DNA of 64,000 bases, taken from positions 357,678,001 through 357,742,000 of the forward strand of contig NC_091471.1 in NCBI RefSeq assembly GCF_036971445.1, in the 5' to 3' direction. The stretch comes from Narcine bancroftii (taxonomy: Eukaryota). The notes beneath the pieces are model-generated. The model was given only the letters and a program-made list of their open reading frames with translations. It was not told the origin of the DNA and did no database searches. Positions 1 through 12,635 of this stretch are shown here, one piece after another. Each line of letters opens with the position of its first letter. The first letter of the stretch is position 1. A program made the position numbers and the translations under genes.

Positions 1-609
1 GTAATTTGGATAATTTCTCATGATTTCAATAGCCTTCACCATTAAAACAGCAAGATTTTGAAGATATTGGAAAAAATACCCTAATGATTACACACTTGTG
101 GTTTTTAATTATTCTTAACGCTTTCATTCACTACAGAATGGAAATGCAAACATATACTTTGTTAATTCTTGCGAATTAACATGGGAGTTCCAAGAGCAAA
201 GTCATAAATCTCAACCAAACAATAAGCTAACTAATAATAAAACTGTTCATTGTTCTCATGGTCCCAGCTTGCAGGCAGCGCTGCACACAAAAACGCAGAT
301 AATCTCAAAAGGTTACATCTTAGTTGGCCGTTGATAGGTTTAGTTGGCTCGAACACAATGAGCGGTTGCTGTGTTTCAGGGAACACAGTTGGGTGAGATT
401 ATAGAAGCTGGAACCTTGGTTCAACATCTCCACCAGAGGGCAGTACTTTCAATGAAGCAGGCATTCGAATGGTGGAGTGGGTTTACCAAACTCCTCTTTC
501 AACTCAAAGTGAGAGTGCAAGATGCTGCGGACCTTCATCATGATGAACTAAGCAGAACTACTAAAGTACAAATTAAGACAGAGCACAATGGAAGGTTGAA
601 CCTCCACTT

Positions 610-1700
610 TGTTTGTATATTTTATTTATCACTCAAATAAAGCATATGATCAAAGGCAAAGTACAAATATACATAATATTTTCTCCCCTATAACCCCTCC
701 CCCTCCCCACCCCCCTCTAAACTACCCCAAAGAGAAAGAAAGAAAAGAGGAGATCAACTCACATAACAATCATCCAATGTTGCCATGATTGATGCAACCC
801 CAACAGCAGGAGAGGAAAAAAAACTACTACAGATTTAAACCCATATATTTCATATACGGGCTCCACACCTTAACAAAAAAAGAGATAATTAATATGTAAA
901 TTATGCATTTTCTTTTCCAATAGAATGTATTCTTATTTCCATATGCCATCGTGGAATGCTCAAATCAGTCTCATTTTTCAAAATAATAGCCAAACATTTT
1001 CTTGCCACGGCAAATGCCAATCTCAAAAATGCACTGGTAAAGGAGAATTCCATAATTCTATTCCAAAAAGGTTTCACTCCCTCACACAACCAAATAGAAT
1101 GTAAAAAAAGAACCAACTTTGTTTGTGGCATCTAAAACATAAATCAGAAGAAATAAACTTATATTTCATTAACTTCTCAGGAGTTAAATAAAGCTGATGT
1201 ATAAAATTATAATGAACCAATCTATATCTTACATTCACTAATTTACTCACACTGTCTTCAAATAGTCATCCCATCGTCGTGAGAAATAGAAATAGCCAAA
1301 TCTTTTTCCCACCTAAACCTAGATTTATAAATATCTGTCTTATGCATTTTATGTTGTAATAAAGCATACATCTCAGATATAAATCCTTTCTTATCTCCTT
1401 CAGTAAGTTAACTTTCAATCTGGATCATCTAGACAAACTTAACGTACGTCCAAAATTATCTAAAAATAAAGCTCTACCCTGATAATAAGGTATTCGAAAG
1501 AATTCCATATTTTTACTTCATTCTCTGAAATGAAATAACAGTTCATAACAGTCCTCTACCAACTTAATACCATTCTGTTCCCATATTTTCAAAAGATGAT
1601 TATTCACTGAAAAAGAAAAATTCTGATACAAAGGAGTTTTAGCTGAAATTTTACCTTCAGTACCTATAATGTTATTCTTCTTACTCCATTACGTGCTTCA
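610..1700 (-). mobile_element. L1-clade LINE, decayed 3' part of ORF2 plus 3' UTR
   Basis: Minus-strand peptide FLHSIWLCEGVKPFW...FLRLAFAVARKCLAI matches the L1 ORF2 C-terminal Cys/His region; homologous to 6840-8045 and 61280-63906; frame broken. Confidence 0.8.
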
Positions 1701-1719
1701 ACCTCCATATTTACAAAGT

Positions 1720-2200
1720 TTTTTTCCCCCAACGGCTATCAGACTCTTGAACCTCCCATTGTTACACTAATCATGGAATGCACAGAAAGACCGTCTGCAC
1801 CACCCCTAGTGCAAATATATATTTCATATCTCTTACGCATTTATTGCCTTTTAATTTCAATTCAGAGTTTGCGGAGATTTGATATGACGCCACAAAAACC
1901 CTGGCAACTTTCTTCAGATGCGTGGCAAAAAGTGTGCTGACTGGCTGCATCACTGTCTGGTATGGGGACATCAATACCCCTGAGTGTAAAGCCCTCCAAA
2001 ATGTAATGGACACAACCCAGGGCATCACAGCCAAAACCCTCCAACTATTGAAAACTACTTCAGTGAACATTGCCATTGGAGTCCTGACTTTGGATATTGT
2101 TTGTTCAGTGATGCTTTGGCCCGTGATTTATGCGCTATTGAATTTCCAAGCAGTAGTAAGCCCACAAAATATTGATTTCTCTATGACCTGTGGCTGTTTA
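1720..2200 (+). mobile_element. Rex1/Babar LINE 3' fragments
   Basis: Peptide SVLTGCITVWYG...ALQNVMDT matches the Rex1 RT C-terminus also seen at 24648-26730, 30512-31900 and 61010-61279. Confidence 0.7.
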
Positions 2201-2559
2201 ACACACTTGAGGTGCCCACAAAATTCCAGGTTCTTTTGTTTTTATAAGATATAACTGGGGTGGGTTGACATTGTCAGAGAACATTTATTAGAACATTTGC
2301 AATAGGACATATAAATATATTAGAGGGTTTGAAAGTACATGCAACCGGCAAGCACCACATTATATAAAGACAAGACAATATTGATATTACAGTAGGTTTC
2401 TATGGACAATTTCCAATTTATAATATATTTGAAACATGGTTTTCTATTATTTGATAGTGAATTTCATCTAGAATTTATAATAAAAATTGATGTTACTACT
2501 TGAAATGGGGACATGATGTACTCAGAAGATGATCCGAAAGCTCGAAAGAGAAAACTATT

Positions 2560-3077
2560 TTTGATCCAGGAAGCACACTATTGTAAAGACCCAATAACTT
2601 TGGTCCAGTAAAATCTTATTCCCATACTGACATGTCTGTCTATAGTCTCATGCACTGCCATACTGAACTCCCACAAAATGGAGGAACACACCTTGTATTC
2701 CATCTGGGCACCCTCCAACTAGATGGCATTAACATCAATCTTTGATTTCCATTAGGCCCCCCCCCCCCCCTTTCTCTGCATTCACAGAGCTATCTCCCTC
2801 CCCCGATCAATTCTCAGCTTTTTTCTCCTGCTCTATTATCAATGCCCACCTTTTGGTTATGGGCTTGTGCTCCTCTCCCGGCCCTTTCTTCCCTCCTCTT
2901 CTGCCTTTTATTCAGGCTCCTACCTGCTTTTTGCTCATACTCTGAATGAAGGGGTCAGGCCTGAAACATTAGTTATGTATCTTTGTCTCCTATGGATGCT
3001 GCAGGACCTGCTGAGTTTCTCCAGCACTTTTGCGTGTTGACTACAATCACAGTATGTGCAGACTTTCTTGTTTCACC
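2560..3077 (+). mobile_element. Penelope-like element 3' fragment (end of GIY-YIG region and pLTR-like terminus)
   Basis: aaaatggaggaacacaccttgtattccatctgggcaccctccaac (KxEEqHLxFxLGTLQ-like), pyrimidine tract, then gaaggggtcaggcctgaaac...gacctgctgagtttctccagca terminus shared with the 39540-42530 element. Confidence 0.75.
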
Positions 3078-4624
3078 AATAAAACCTAGCCTGTCTGTTT
3101 AATTTCCCAATGCATATATTCATAGCTCACACAGAAGAATCAAGAAAAATTCTAATACATCCATCTATCCTCAGATCTTTAACATTCAACCTCGGTTTAG
3201 CTGCTGCCCTCGTGCTCTTCTTGACCATCTCAATCCAATATTTACTCGATCACCGCAGCCTTTAATCTCATTTGCTACTTTGCATGTCTTCCACTCCATT
3301 TGAAAGGACTTATGGTAATAACTACTTAATTCACATTGTCCAAGTCTCAATAATCATGATTTACCAAGGATGATTATGACTGCTGACTCCACAGACACAA
3401 GACTTTTCTGAAATATTGGAAAAGCATGCAAATCTTGTTAGTCGTTTGCTAAACTGAAGAAATTCTTTTTATAATTTTATCACACCAAAAACATGGTAAT
3501 TCTCTCCACCAGTGAAAACTGAGTGTTTATCTTATTAACACTTTATTTCATTGATCTTGTTTGTTTCAAATTCTGTATTGATTAAACTGCAGAGTTCTGT
3601 GTGCTCTTAACATGACTGATTTTTAAAAATCTTGTACTCTATCAGCCAATACAGATTTCCAGGCAATAAAAGAGACGGATTCATCCTTTCCCAAGTTCAA
3701 GTTTATCATTATAGGTCCTGAGATACAATGAGAAAGCTTGTTCTGCGTGCAATCCAGCTCGTCAGCCCATTTAAAGTACAGCAATAAAAACTCAGTAAAC
3801 AGTGCAAATTTACAGAAAGATCAGTGAGAAAAGAGTGACATCAAAGGATTTCTGATGGCATTGTCGGTTGTGGGAATAGTTTCATATAAATCATAAAAGC
3901 ATTTGCGCCCTTCGATAATATTCCTCCTCATTTATACCCCAAAATCAGTTGTGATTATAATAAATGTCTTAAATAGAAATCCAATATGTACTTCTTCCAT
4001 TCTACGACATTAACTATACTGTGACATTGGCTCAACTTGTCACAGACTTCCAACTGAGGCATATATTATGTCAAACCTTTTAAGAGTTTATACAAATTTA
4101 TTATTTATATAATCATCTGCACTCCCTGAAGAGGACGAGCTCTGCAAGGTGGTAGTTTTGTGTGTTGAGATCTGACCACAAGTTGGCTCCATTTAACTTG
4201 TGTACAACTATTTGTGATATTACTGAAACTTGGGAGTGGAGAGTGGTGGGGCAACATGCCGCCAACACTGCTTAGGTAGGTCTAGAGGAATTTTATTCAT
4301 ATTTTCTCTGCAGCCATCTTTTGATCATTCTACAATGTAATGAAATCTCTTTGAATATTACAATGTTCAAATAATCTTGCAAAGAAATATATCATTTAAA
4401 TTCCAGTTCAAGTTTATTGTCACATGCACTAAGGAGTAATGGGAAAATTTGTTTTGCCAAGCAGTTTAGCAGGTAAAACACACCAGAGAAGAGTTAAAGG
4501 AAGAGATCCGTGACAAGTCTGGTAATTTTGTATTCAGCCTATTTTATGACATGAAACGGCTGAAATAAATAGTTCTCATTTCAACAGAGCAGTGTCAAAA
4601 TGAGAACTAGATGGAGCTGAGGTG

Positions 4625-4950
4625 CGAGTTACCATACACACAAGTACAATGTACAGACGCAATGAAATTCTTGCTTGCTGCAGCACACAGGTATGTGAAA
4701 CATGAACAACAGGAAAATTGAAACTACATTAATACAAAGAGCAATGAACAAAAAAGTAAATATAAACGACAGTTGAAATAGTGGAAAGAATTGTGAAGTT
4801 TCAATCGTGCAGACACATCTTTGGCGGTCCTGGAGAAGTGTTATGGTTAGGGATGTATGGGGAAGTTTAAGAGCCTGATAGCTATTGAAAAAAAAAATCT
4901 TTGAACCTAAGGTGCTGGACTTCAGGGATCTGTACCTTTTGCCTGAAGGT
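4625..4950 (-). mobile_element. Old Rex1/Babar-type LINE 3' tail
   Basis: aatgaaattcttgcttgctgcagc and agcctgatagctattg...tttgaacctaaggtgctggacttcagg resemble the 3' ends of other Rex1 copies here; highly diverged. Confidence 0.45.
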
Positions 4951-6839
4951 CTTTAAGAAGGAGAAAAGAAATGCAGATGGCAGGCAGGAGCAGGGACCAA
5001 ATGAACCCCTTTTCCATAGTTCCTCTGGAACAGGGATAGGCTGCTCTTCGTCTATGTGCGCATGCCTCGAGTATGTAGGGCACAGGTTTTCCCCCACCTC
5101 CAGCAATCCCTCACTCAACTTGCACATGAAGAAATGGGTCCTTGTGCAAAACACCAGAGGATTGTCACTGCCCATGCAGAAAAAAAATGTGAACATGATA
5201 GCATTTTCAGTAACCATAAGAAAGTATTATTGGTGGAAAGGACTAAGGGCTTGATTTCTGGTTCAATCAATCAAGAAGATCATTGACCCAGGTTGATCCA
5301 GGAGGTCATAAGTGATCCTTCTGTCCTGAAACTCAGCAAATAAAAAATGAACCCAACAAAGCATTCAAGGAGTTCTGGTCTCATTACTAATACTGTTCCC
5401 TTGGTCAACATTGAGTTAATTGGCTCTATTTCCCTGTAATGTTTATCTATTTTTGTGTTCAACCTTGGTGTGAGGTTTAAACAGAACAGCAATTACAGCC
5501 AAATTTAAATGAATTGTGGAGTGCCTCAAAAAGAGAAAGAGAGCTAAACAAAACAGAATTTACGGCTGTAAACACGATGCTGTTGTCGCTGATTTCCGGG
5601 CACAAGAGGCGGTGAACAAAAATGATGACAGCAGTGCCAGAATCAGGGGAAGGCCAGGTTGTGGCAGGTGGTGCATATCTGCAACGGAGTCCAGGCTAAA
5701 ATGAAAAGCAAAGGTGTTCCTAATGGGAGGGAGATGAGTCAGAGAGGCCAGTCCAACTCTGGAAGCCACACACATTCAAGTGCCTTCTCTCATCCAACAC
5801 CATTTAACTTTGAAGGACCAACCGTGGCTACTTCACTTGGAAGCTTTCCTTGTCCCTTAAGGTACAATGAACGTTTTGGTTAAAAGAACTCATTTCTTTT
5901 AAGCTTCACTTTTTCTGACATTTGCAACTGTTTAAAGTGCCAGACATGTATTAATGTACATGCATTTTATGCTCAAGGAAACAACGGCTGAAAAAAGGTT
6001 AAATTTAAAATACCATGTAAACAACAGAAGTCAACACTACGACTACTATTGATCTAAAGTAAATAGACATCTGGGCAAAATGCCTAATTTTTTGCATTCC
6101 ACAATTTTAAATCCATTTCAGATGGATGAAGGGTATCACTCGTGCAATTCAAACCTAAACCATTTATCTTGTCGGGGAAAAAAAAAACTTTCTTCAACTG
6201 GAAAAGTACTCTTGTGTCACACTGGAGGAAAGCAAAATCATTTACAATGTACAAATCGGGACTTAAGACTTGAGCAAAAAAAAAATGGCAAATAGAAATG
6301 CCGTAGGAATAGATGGAATATTTTCTCAAACAGAATTCAGTTTTTGTAATATTTTTTCATTTTCAGTGAGATTAAACCACCATTTCAATAATGCTCTATT
6401 AGTTTCCTATAACATACAGAGGCATATCAATAACAGCCACTTTCAAATACTGATGCAGAATATCACTTCCAAAATTGGTATCTAATATAATGATCCTGCA
6501 AAGGGGTAATGCACCATTTCTAATAGTTGAAAAATTCTTGTGTAAAATACCCGTTGACAAAAATCAAAACCTGAATCACTCCGACAGTTCACATATTCGA
6601 CACATTCTGGTGGCTGTGCAATGTGTTTCCTTGTCACATCTATCCAGCTCCTGATGTACTTGCAACCTGAGTGTATTCACCACTTCTCATAATTTCAGCA
6701 CTGATAGGAAATCCAATCAAGGTTGAATAATATACTTTACACCTGGCAGCTTGTTAAAATGTAGTAAAAAATAAACAAAGACATTGCCCAATAATCACCT
6801 GAGTACCATGACTGAGATGAAAATATGATTTGACTTACA

Positions 6840-8045
6840 GAAGGTGGGAAGAAAAGGTATACATCTGAAATGTATCTGCTATTACAGAATAAAATGCCCA
6901 AGTTAGATTTACAAAATTCCAGATTAAAATGGGTAAAAGACCTCGGGATAGCAATTTCTCAAGAAGATTGGAGGAACTTATGTAAAGATAGTATGACTAA
7001 AATTGTTAATGTGAGATATAGATTAGCTCATTATAATTTTATACATCAATTATATTTGACTCTTGAAAAATTAAAGAGATACAACTTAATTTCGTCAGAT
7101 TTATGCTTGAGATGCCAGAAAGAAATAGGTTCCTTTTTATATTCTACTTTGTTATGTGATAAGGTAAAAAAAAAACCTTTTTGGATTCAACTGAAAGAAT
7201 TTTTACAAGACATTTTTAAAAGTTAAATCATCAATAGACCCATCAATATTTTTGCTAGGTAATATTAAAAAGATAGCTTTGGAATTAAGATTAACTAGAT
7301 TTCAAATTGCATTTTTGAGATTACCATTACCAATAGCAAGAAACTGTATTGCGATTACCTCTCCTCCTATCATCTCCCACCCTCACCACCCCCCTCTCCA
7401 CCTTCCCCCTTTTGTTCGGACATTCCTCATGTTCCCCCCACACCTTGATGAAGGGCTCAAGCCTGAAATGCTGGTGCTATCTAAAGGCACTATTTGACCT
7501 GCTGAGTCTCTCCAGCATTTGTGTGTTTTTTCACTTAACCACGGTGTCAACAGAATCCTGTGTTTTATCACCTTTACTTGGAAAAATGAAATGGCTTTGA
7601 ATTTACATCGGTGGCACATGGAGTTGAGATCTTGTATACCATTGGAAAAAATAATGTATCATGTACCTGATAATTATCTTTTTTTTTTAAATTAGAAAGT
7701 TTGGAGTCCTTATTTGGAATATTTGGGTTTAAAATTTTGAATTCTTTGGCCATGCTGTGGTGGTGTCGTTCCAATCCATGGTAATTAAGGTTATTGTAGA
7801 TTATATCTCTTTTTTCTTTTTCTCCTTCTTTTCTTTTGAGGGGTAGATTAGATGGTTAGGCAAGGTTTGGGGGAGGGGATATAGGGGGAAGGTGTGGAGG
7901 GGAGGGTTGTAATGATAGGAGGGTGGGCTGGGGGGGGGTGGTTTGGGTTATATACCATGTATTCTTTATTGACAATATGTACTATTTCCTTTTTTTTTTA
8001 AACTGTATGTATCATGGTTTTAAAATTTTAAATATTTAAAATAAT
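6840..8045 (+). mobile_element. L1-clade LINE ORF2 C-terminus and G-rich 3' UTR, split by a Penelope terminal fragment
   Basis: ORF 6870-7226 ...KWVKDLG...YRLAHYNFIHQLYLT...CLRCQKEIGSFLYSTLLCDKV..PFW (L1 zinc-knuckle region); reading resumes after 7573 (WKNEMALNLHRWHMELRSCIPLEK); G-rich tract 7860-7950. Confidence 0.85.
7359..7573 (+). mobile_element. Penelope-like terminal (pLTR) fragment inserted in L1
   Basis: cttgatgaagggctcaagcctgaaatg...gacctgctgagtctctccagca; L1 frame is continuous across it; ttac on both sides (7355-7358, 7574-7577) may be a TSD. Confidence 0.75.
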
Positions 8046-8734
8046 AATTTGTAGCTAACAGCAGTTCTTGTGTGCTTTAATGTAAGCTAATATTAAAGGC
8101 ATGAGATTAAAGAACAAATGCCTAAAAACTGGCTCCAGATACATGTTACTTTTATGTGCAAATACCACATAATGTGCAAACATTAGACATTACCAGCCAG
8201 TAGGGTAATTTACCTCAGCCCAGTTGACATTTGACCAGCTTATAATACCAAAGGTTGCACAACTTACATTTCCTCCATTGCCTGCAGAAATTGTAACCTT
8301 ATGGGAATATTGTCAGTCTAACATTAAAAGGGGCACTCTGCACAGTGAATGGGGTGGCAATTGAAGGGTTTGCAGCCTCGCACCGTGGCTGCATGCATCT
8401 TCCACCCTCATTTTTCTTTGACTCCTATCATGTTAATTGCTTCATTCGAGCTCTCTCTGCTGATCACAGCCATTTTTTTTGTTCGGACTCTTGTGATCCC
8501 ACATGCAGCATGGCCCTGGATTAGTTCACAACTTATTGTGGCAACACTCGTGGCACAGGATTCATATCAGGGCGACATAAAAAACACGAGCAGTCAATTA
8601 CTATCACTCTGGCCCTCCCATATTCCTCTTCTCCTTCGTGGATGCATCAAACACGTCCACATGCTAACACGTTCCTCATGCTCTCACTGCTTACTTTTCA
8701 AATAAACTCTAACTTAACAATTTTGTAGTTGGGA

Positions 8735-9761
8735 TGTTGTGAGCCCAGAGGACCCCAAAACCCAGCAGCAATAGAAATTCACTAAGACAAATGGTTACTT
8801 AAACAAAAGTTACTTTTAATCATCTTTAAACATGAAAACAGGAACAAAATTCAACTTATTACTCTTAACTTAACCCCCTTCTAATTCTAAGTGCACGTGA
8901 ATGTAATGTGTGTGCAAGTTCGGAAAAGTTATTTGATTCACAGCCCAATCTCACTTCTCACTCTTCCAAGTTCACCGGTATCAGACAATTCTTATACTGT
9001 GCACAGAATTTAACATTTATGAATCTTCACCAGGCTTTGGTGCGTTAAAGGTAAATGGTTACCACTCAGAAAGAGATTTGTTACTCATTGGACACTCACA
9101 ACTGATTCCTTCTGATCAACCACTTCAGTGTCTTGCCGAAGAAACTTGTCCCATCAAAGTTTTCCAGACGACAAACTCTTTCTTTCAGGTTTCCACAGAG
9201 TTCCTTTTTGTTTCCCTTATTTCAAGTGAAACATTAGGCAGCAACTCCTCTCCTCTTGTATGGACCACAAGGGCTTTGTCCAAGCTGAACTAAGCACTCA
9301 CAACCAGTCCTCAAAATGGGTTTTTCCACAAGCTTGCCGGCTTGTCCGGTTCCAGTCACAGCTGCTGCTTCTGAACTGTAAAACGGATGAACTGTAAAAC
9401 TGCAGAACTGAATTCTGTCTTTCTTTGTCTCTCTCTCTCTCAGAGGAAAGCCTGTTGACTCCCTCTCTGCTTGCAAAAACCACATGACCCTCTTAGAACA
9501 GCAAACTGCACTCAGTCAGCCCGCGGCTCCGACGAGTTCTTTCATTTGTTGATTTGCACAGTGAAGTCCCTTGGGCACTTTTCAAAGTTTTTGCAAAGGC
9601 TCTCGGAAGCGGACTGTCTGGCTTGAGCAAAGCTCCAGTATTTTAAATGGGATCTGTTTTGAAAGGCTTGCATGTGACCTACTCTTAAAAAAAAACCTGC
9701 CCCACTTTATCTCCCAAAATCATATCTATATACTATATAAAACACAACATATACTGTCACA
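8735..9761 (-). mobile_element. Solo LTR, same family as 38271-39235
   Basis: Starts tgttgtgagcccagaggacc, ends tactgtcaca (TG...CA); reverse-complement similar to 38271-39235 along its length; no clean TSD. Confidence 0.8.
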
Positions 9762-9915
9762 GTTGGTACATTCTCCCCGTGACTCCGTGGGTTTTCTCTG
9801 GGGGCTCCGGTATTCTCCCAGTGTTCAAAACATACTGGGAATGTAATTGGTCGGTATGGGCTTGTGGGCTTAAATAACCTGCTCCCGTACTGCATGTCTA
9901 AATTTAATTTTTTTT
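9762..9915 (+). mobile_element. V-SINE (HE1-like), 5'-truncated
   Basis: V-domain-like gtacattctccccgtgactccgtgggttttctctgggggctccggt followed by a CR1-like tail. Confidence 0.7.
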
Positions 9916-10654
9916 AATAAAATCGGTGTTTTGTAAATAAAAAAGTCATTAATTATTGGTTATGCTGACAAAGCCACATTCAACATTACTCTGATGGTGG
10001 AGATACACCTGAACCACATTAACCTTTTATAACTGAAGGGCACACCAAGCCTTTAGAAGGACAATAAACATCCAGTAATGAAGGTGAGAGCCAACACCTT
10101 ATCCAATGAGGTAGTTCAAAATTATAGATGTGGAAATTCTAAAATAAAAACAAAAGATGCTGGAAAAGATTGACAAGCCAAGCCACATCTGTGGAAAGAG
10201 AAGCAGCAAATGTTCCAGGTCTTACTTTGCTCTGTCCTTACTGAATAGGGTAGGTTTTTTTTCCAAAGATATGACAAACAATATAAGCTAAATTTCTTCA
10301 ATCTGATAACTACTATTAGCACTTGCTTTGGTATCAGTCCAGAAATTACATCATATTATCAAAAAATTAATTCAGATTCCCCCAGTTTGAAATCCACGTA
10401 TTGAAAGACTAATAAAGAAACAGCAGAAGTATTCCAAGAACAAAAAGAGTACCAAACAGCTGAAAAACCAAGAATACCCCCAATTATAAGCATGTGAATA
10501 CTTGGAACAATGACAGCTTTGTAAATTAAGCTGTAGGCACAGTTAACAATCCTTCATTTGTAAAACACATTTACACATCACACTTGAGAGAAAACTGTTA
10601 AATGAGACATAAAATTGTTATTTTTTTAAATTAGGGTTTGACGGGTGTTGGGGT

Positions 10655-10925
10655 CAAAGTTCAAACTTTAGATGTATTGTCAGTGTATGTACATGACATC
10701 ACATACAACGCTGAGATTCTTTTTCCTGCAGGCCAGGCAAAATTTCTATTTAGCGGTAGTGCAAAAAAAAACTGTCCTCGGGAGAAATGTAAAGAAAGAA
10801 GTGTAAACAAAATGCCGAAACAAAATATAGAAAATAAATATTCAATAATAAATATTGTGTAAGGTAAGAGTCCTCAAATGACTTGTTTAGGAGGTGGAGG
10901 GGTAGCAACTGTTCCTGAACCTGGT
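10655..10925 (-). mobile_element. Rex1/Babar LINE 3' end
   Basis: Reverse complement of the ccaggttcaggaacagctgctacccc...tgtgatgtcatgtac tail seen in other copies. Confidence 0.65.
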
Positions 10926-11334
10926 CTTGTGACACATTAGAGTTTCAGAAACAGAAATTATTTAGAATTTTATGTGAAAGACAATTCTCCAATCTTTCAA
11001 AAGGGCTTTTTCCTTTTCAGTTGCCCATATTCAATTCAGCAATAATCTTCATCTCTCGTTCAAGTTGGTGCTCTATTTGTATTCCTGCTTCAAATATGAC
11101 TCTCTGTTCCCTCCAATTAAGATCACAGCCCTGCTCCCCCCACCCTTTCAAACTAACACAGTTCATGAAAGAACTTTCCCTTCAATAAATGCTGGAATTC
11201 CCCTTTCTTCTCCACTTTTTATCCTAATGGATCAATTTCAACCTCTCCCCCATTGTTATTATGTCATTGCCATGAATTTTTTCCTTTCCCTCACTACTAC
11301 CCATTTCATTCTTGTACCCCATTTTTCTACTTAC

Positions 11335-11765
11335 AGAGACATAAAACATGATAAGAGGTCCTTCGGCCCAACCTGCTCATGCCAGCCAAAAATCTCCCAC
11401 CCACATATGTCCCACCTGTCTGTGTTTGGCACAGATCCCCCAAAACCTGTCCTATCCATGTATCCAGCCAAAAGTTTCTTAAATGTTTCAATAGTCCCTG
11501 CCTCAACTAACCCCTCCAGCAGCTCATATCATACACCTGTAACCCTCTGTGTAAAGAGATTACCCCCTCGGGCTCCTATTAAATCCCTCCCCCCTCACTT
11601 CAAATTATTGCCCTCTGGTTCTCGATTCTCACACTCTGGATAAAAGCCTCTACATTCACCCGATCTATTCATCTCATGATTTTCTACACCTCGATGAGCT
11701 CACCCTCATCCTCCTGTGCTCCAAGGAATAAAGCCTTAGCCAGCTCAATCTCTGCTTATACCCCA
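11335..11765 (-). mobile_element. CR1 LINE 3' end
   Basis: aggtccttcggcccaac...accctctgtgtaaagagattacccc...cctctggttctcgattc, a typical chondrichthyan CR1 3' region in reverse. Confidence 0.75.
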
Positions 11766-11819
11766 CATCTCAGTCAGCTCCTTTATATTCAGAGATTCAG
11801 CGAGATGCAGCAGAAGAAA

Positions 11820-12635
11820 CAGATGAAGAAGTGGAAAGATGGGTCAGTAAATTTGCAGATGATACAAAGGTTGGAAGGATTGTGGATAATGCAGAAAGTA
11901 TTACAGGTTACAAAAGGATATAGGCAGGATGTAGAGATGGGAGGAAAAGTGGCAAATGGCGTTCAATCCAGATAAGTGTGAGGTGATGCATTTTGAAAGG
12001 TCAAATGAGAAGACTGAATACAGAATTAATGGTTAGATACTTAACAGTGTGGAGGAACAGAGGGACCTTGGGATTGATGAGATAGGTAAGAAGCCCTATG
12101 GGATTCTAAGCTTCATTAATAGGGGGATTGATTTCAAGAACCATGAGGTCTGGTTGCAGCTTTATAAAACTGGTTAGACCACACTTGGAATATTGTTTTC
12201 AGTTCTGGTTACTGATTACTGAAGGATGTGGAACTTTGGAGAGGGGGTAGAGGAGATTTATCAGGATGTAGTCTGGAATGAAGAATGTGTCTTATGAGGC
12301 AAGGTTAACAGAGCTTGGGATTTTCTCTTTGAAACAAAAAAGATTAGAGGTCTACAAGATTATAGATAGCGTGGACAGCTACCACCTTTTTCCTGGAGCG
12401 ACATTAGCAAATACCAGAGGACATCTGTTTAAGGTGAAGGGAGGAAAGTTTAGGGGAGATATCAGGGAGTAGTCAGAGCCGGGAATTTATTGCCAGGGGT
12501 AGTGGCGGAGGTTGGCACAATAGGGACATTTAAAAGACTTAGGCATGTGGATACAAGAAAAATAGAGGGCTATAGGTGTGAGGTAGGGAAGGTTTTGTAT
12601 GTTCTATCAGTCGGCACGACATCATAGGGCAAAGG
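11820..12635 (+). mobile_element. CR1 LINE, decayed RT C-terminal half
   Basis: Translates DEEVERWVSKFADDTK, later KCEVMHF, LVRPHLEYCFQFW and SYEARLTELGIFSL; frameshifted. Confidence 0.85.
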
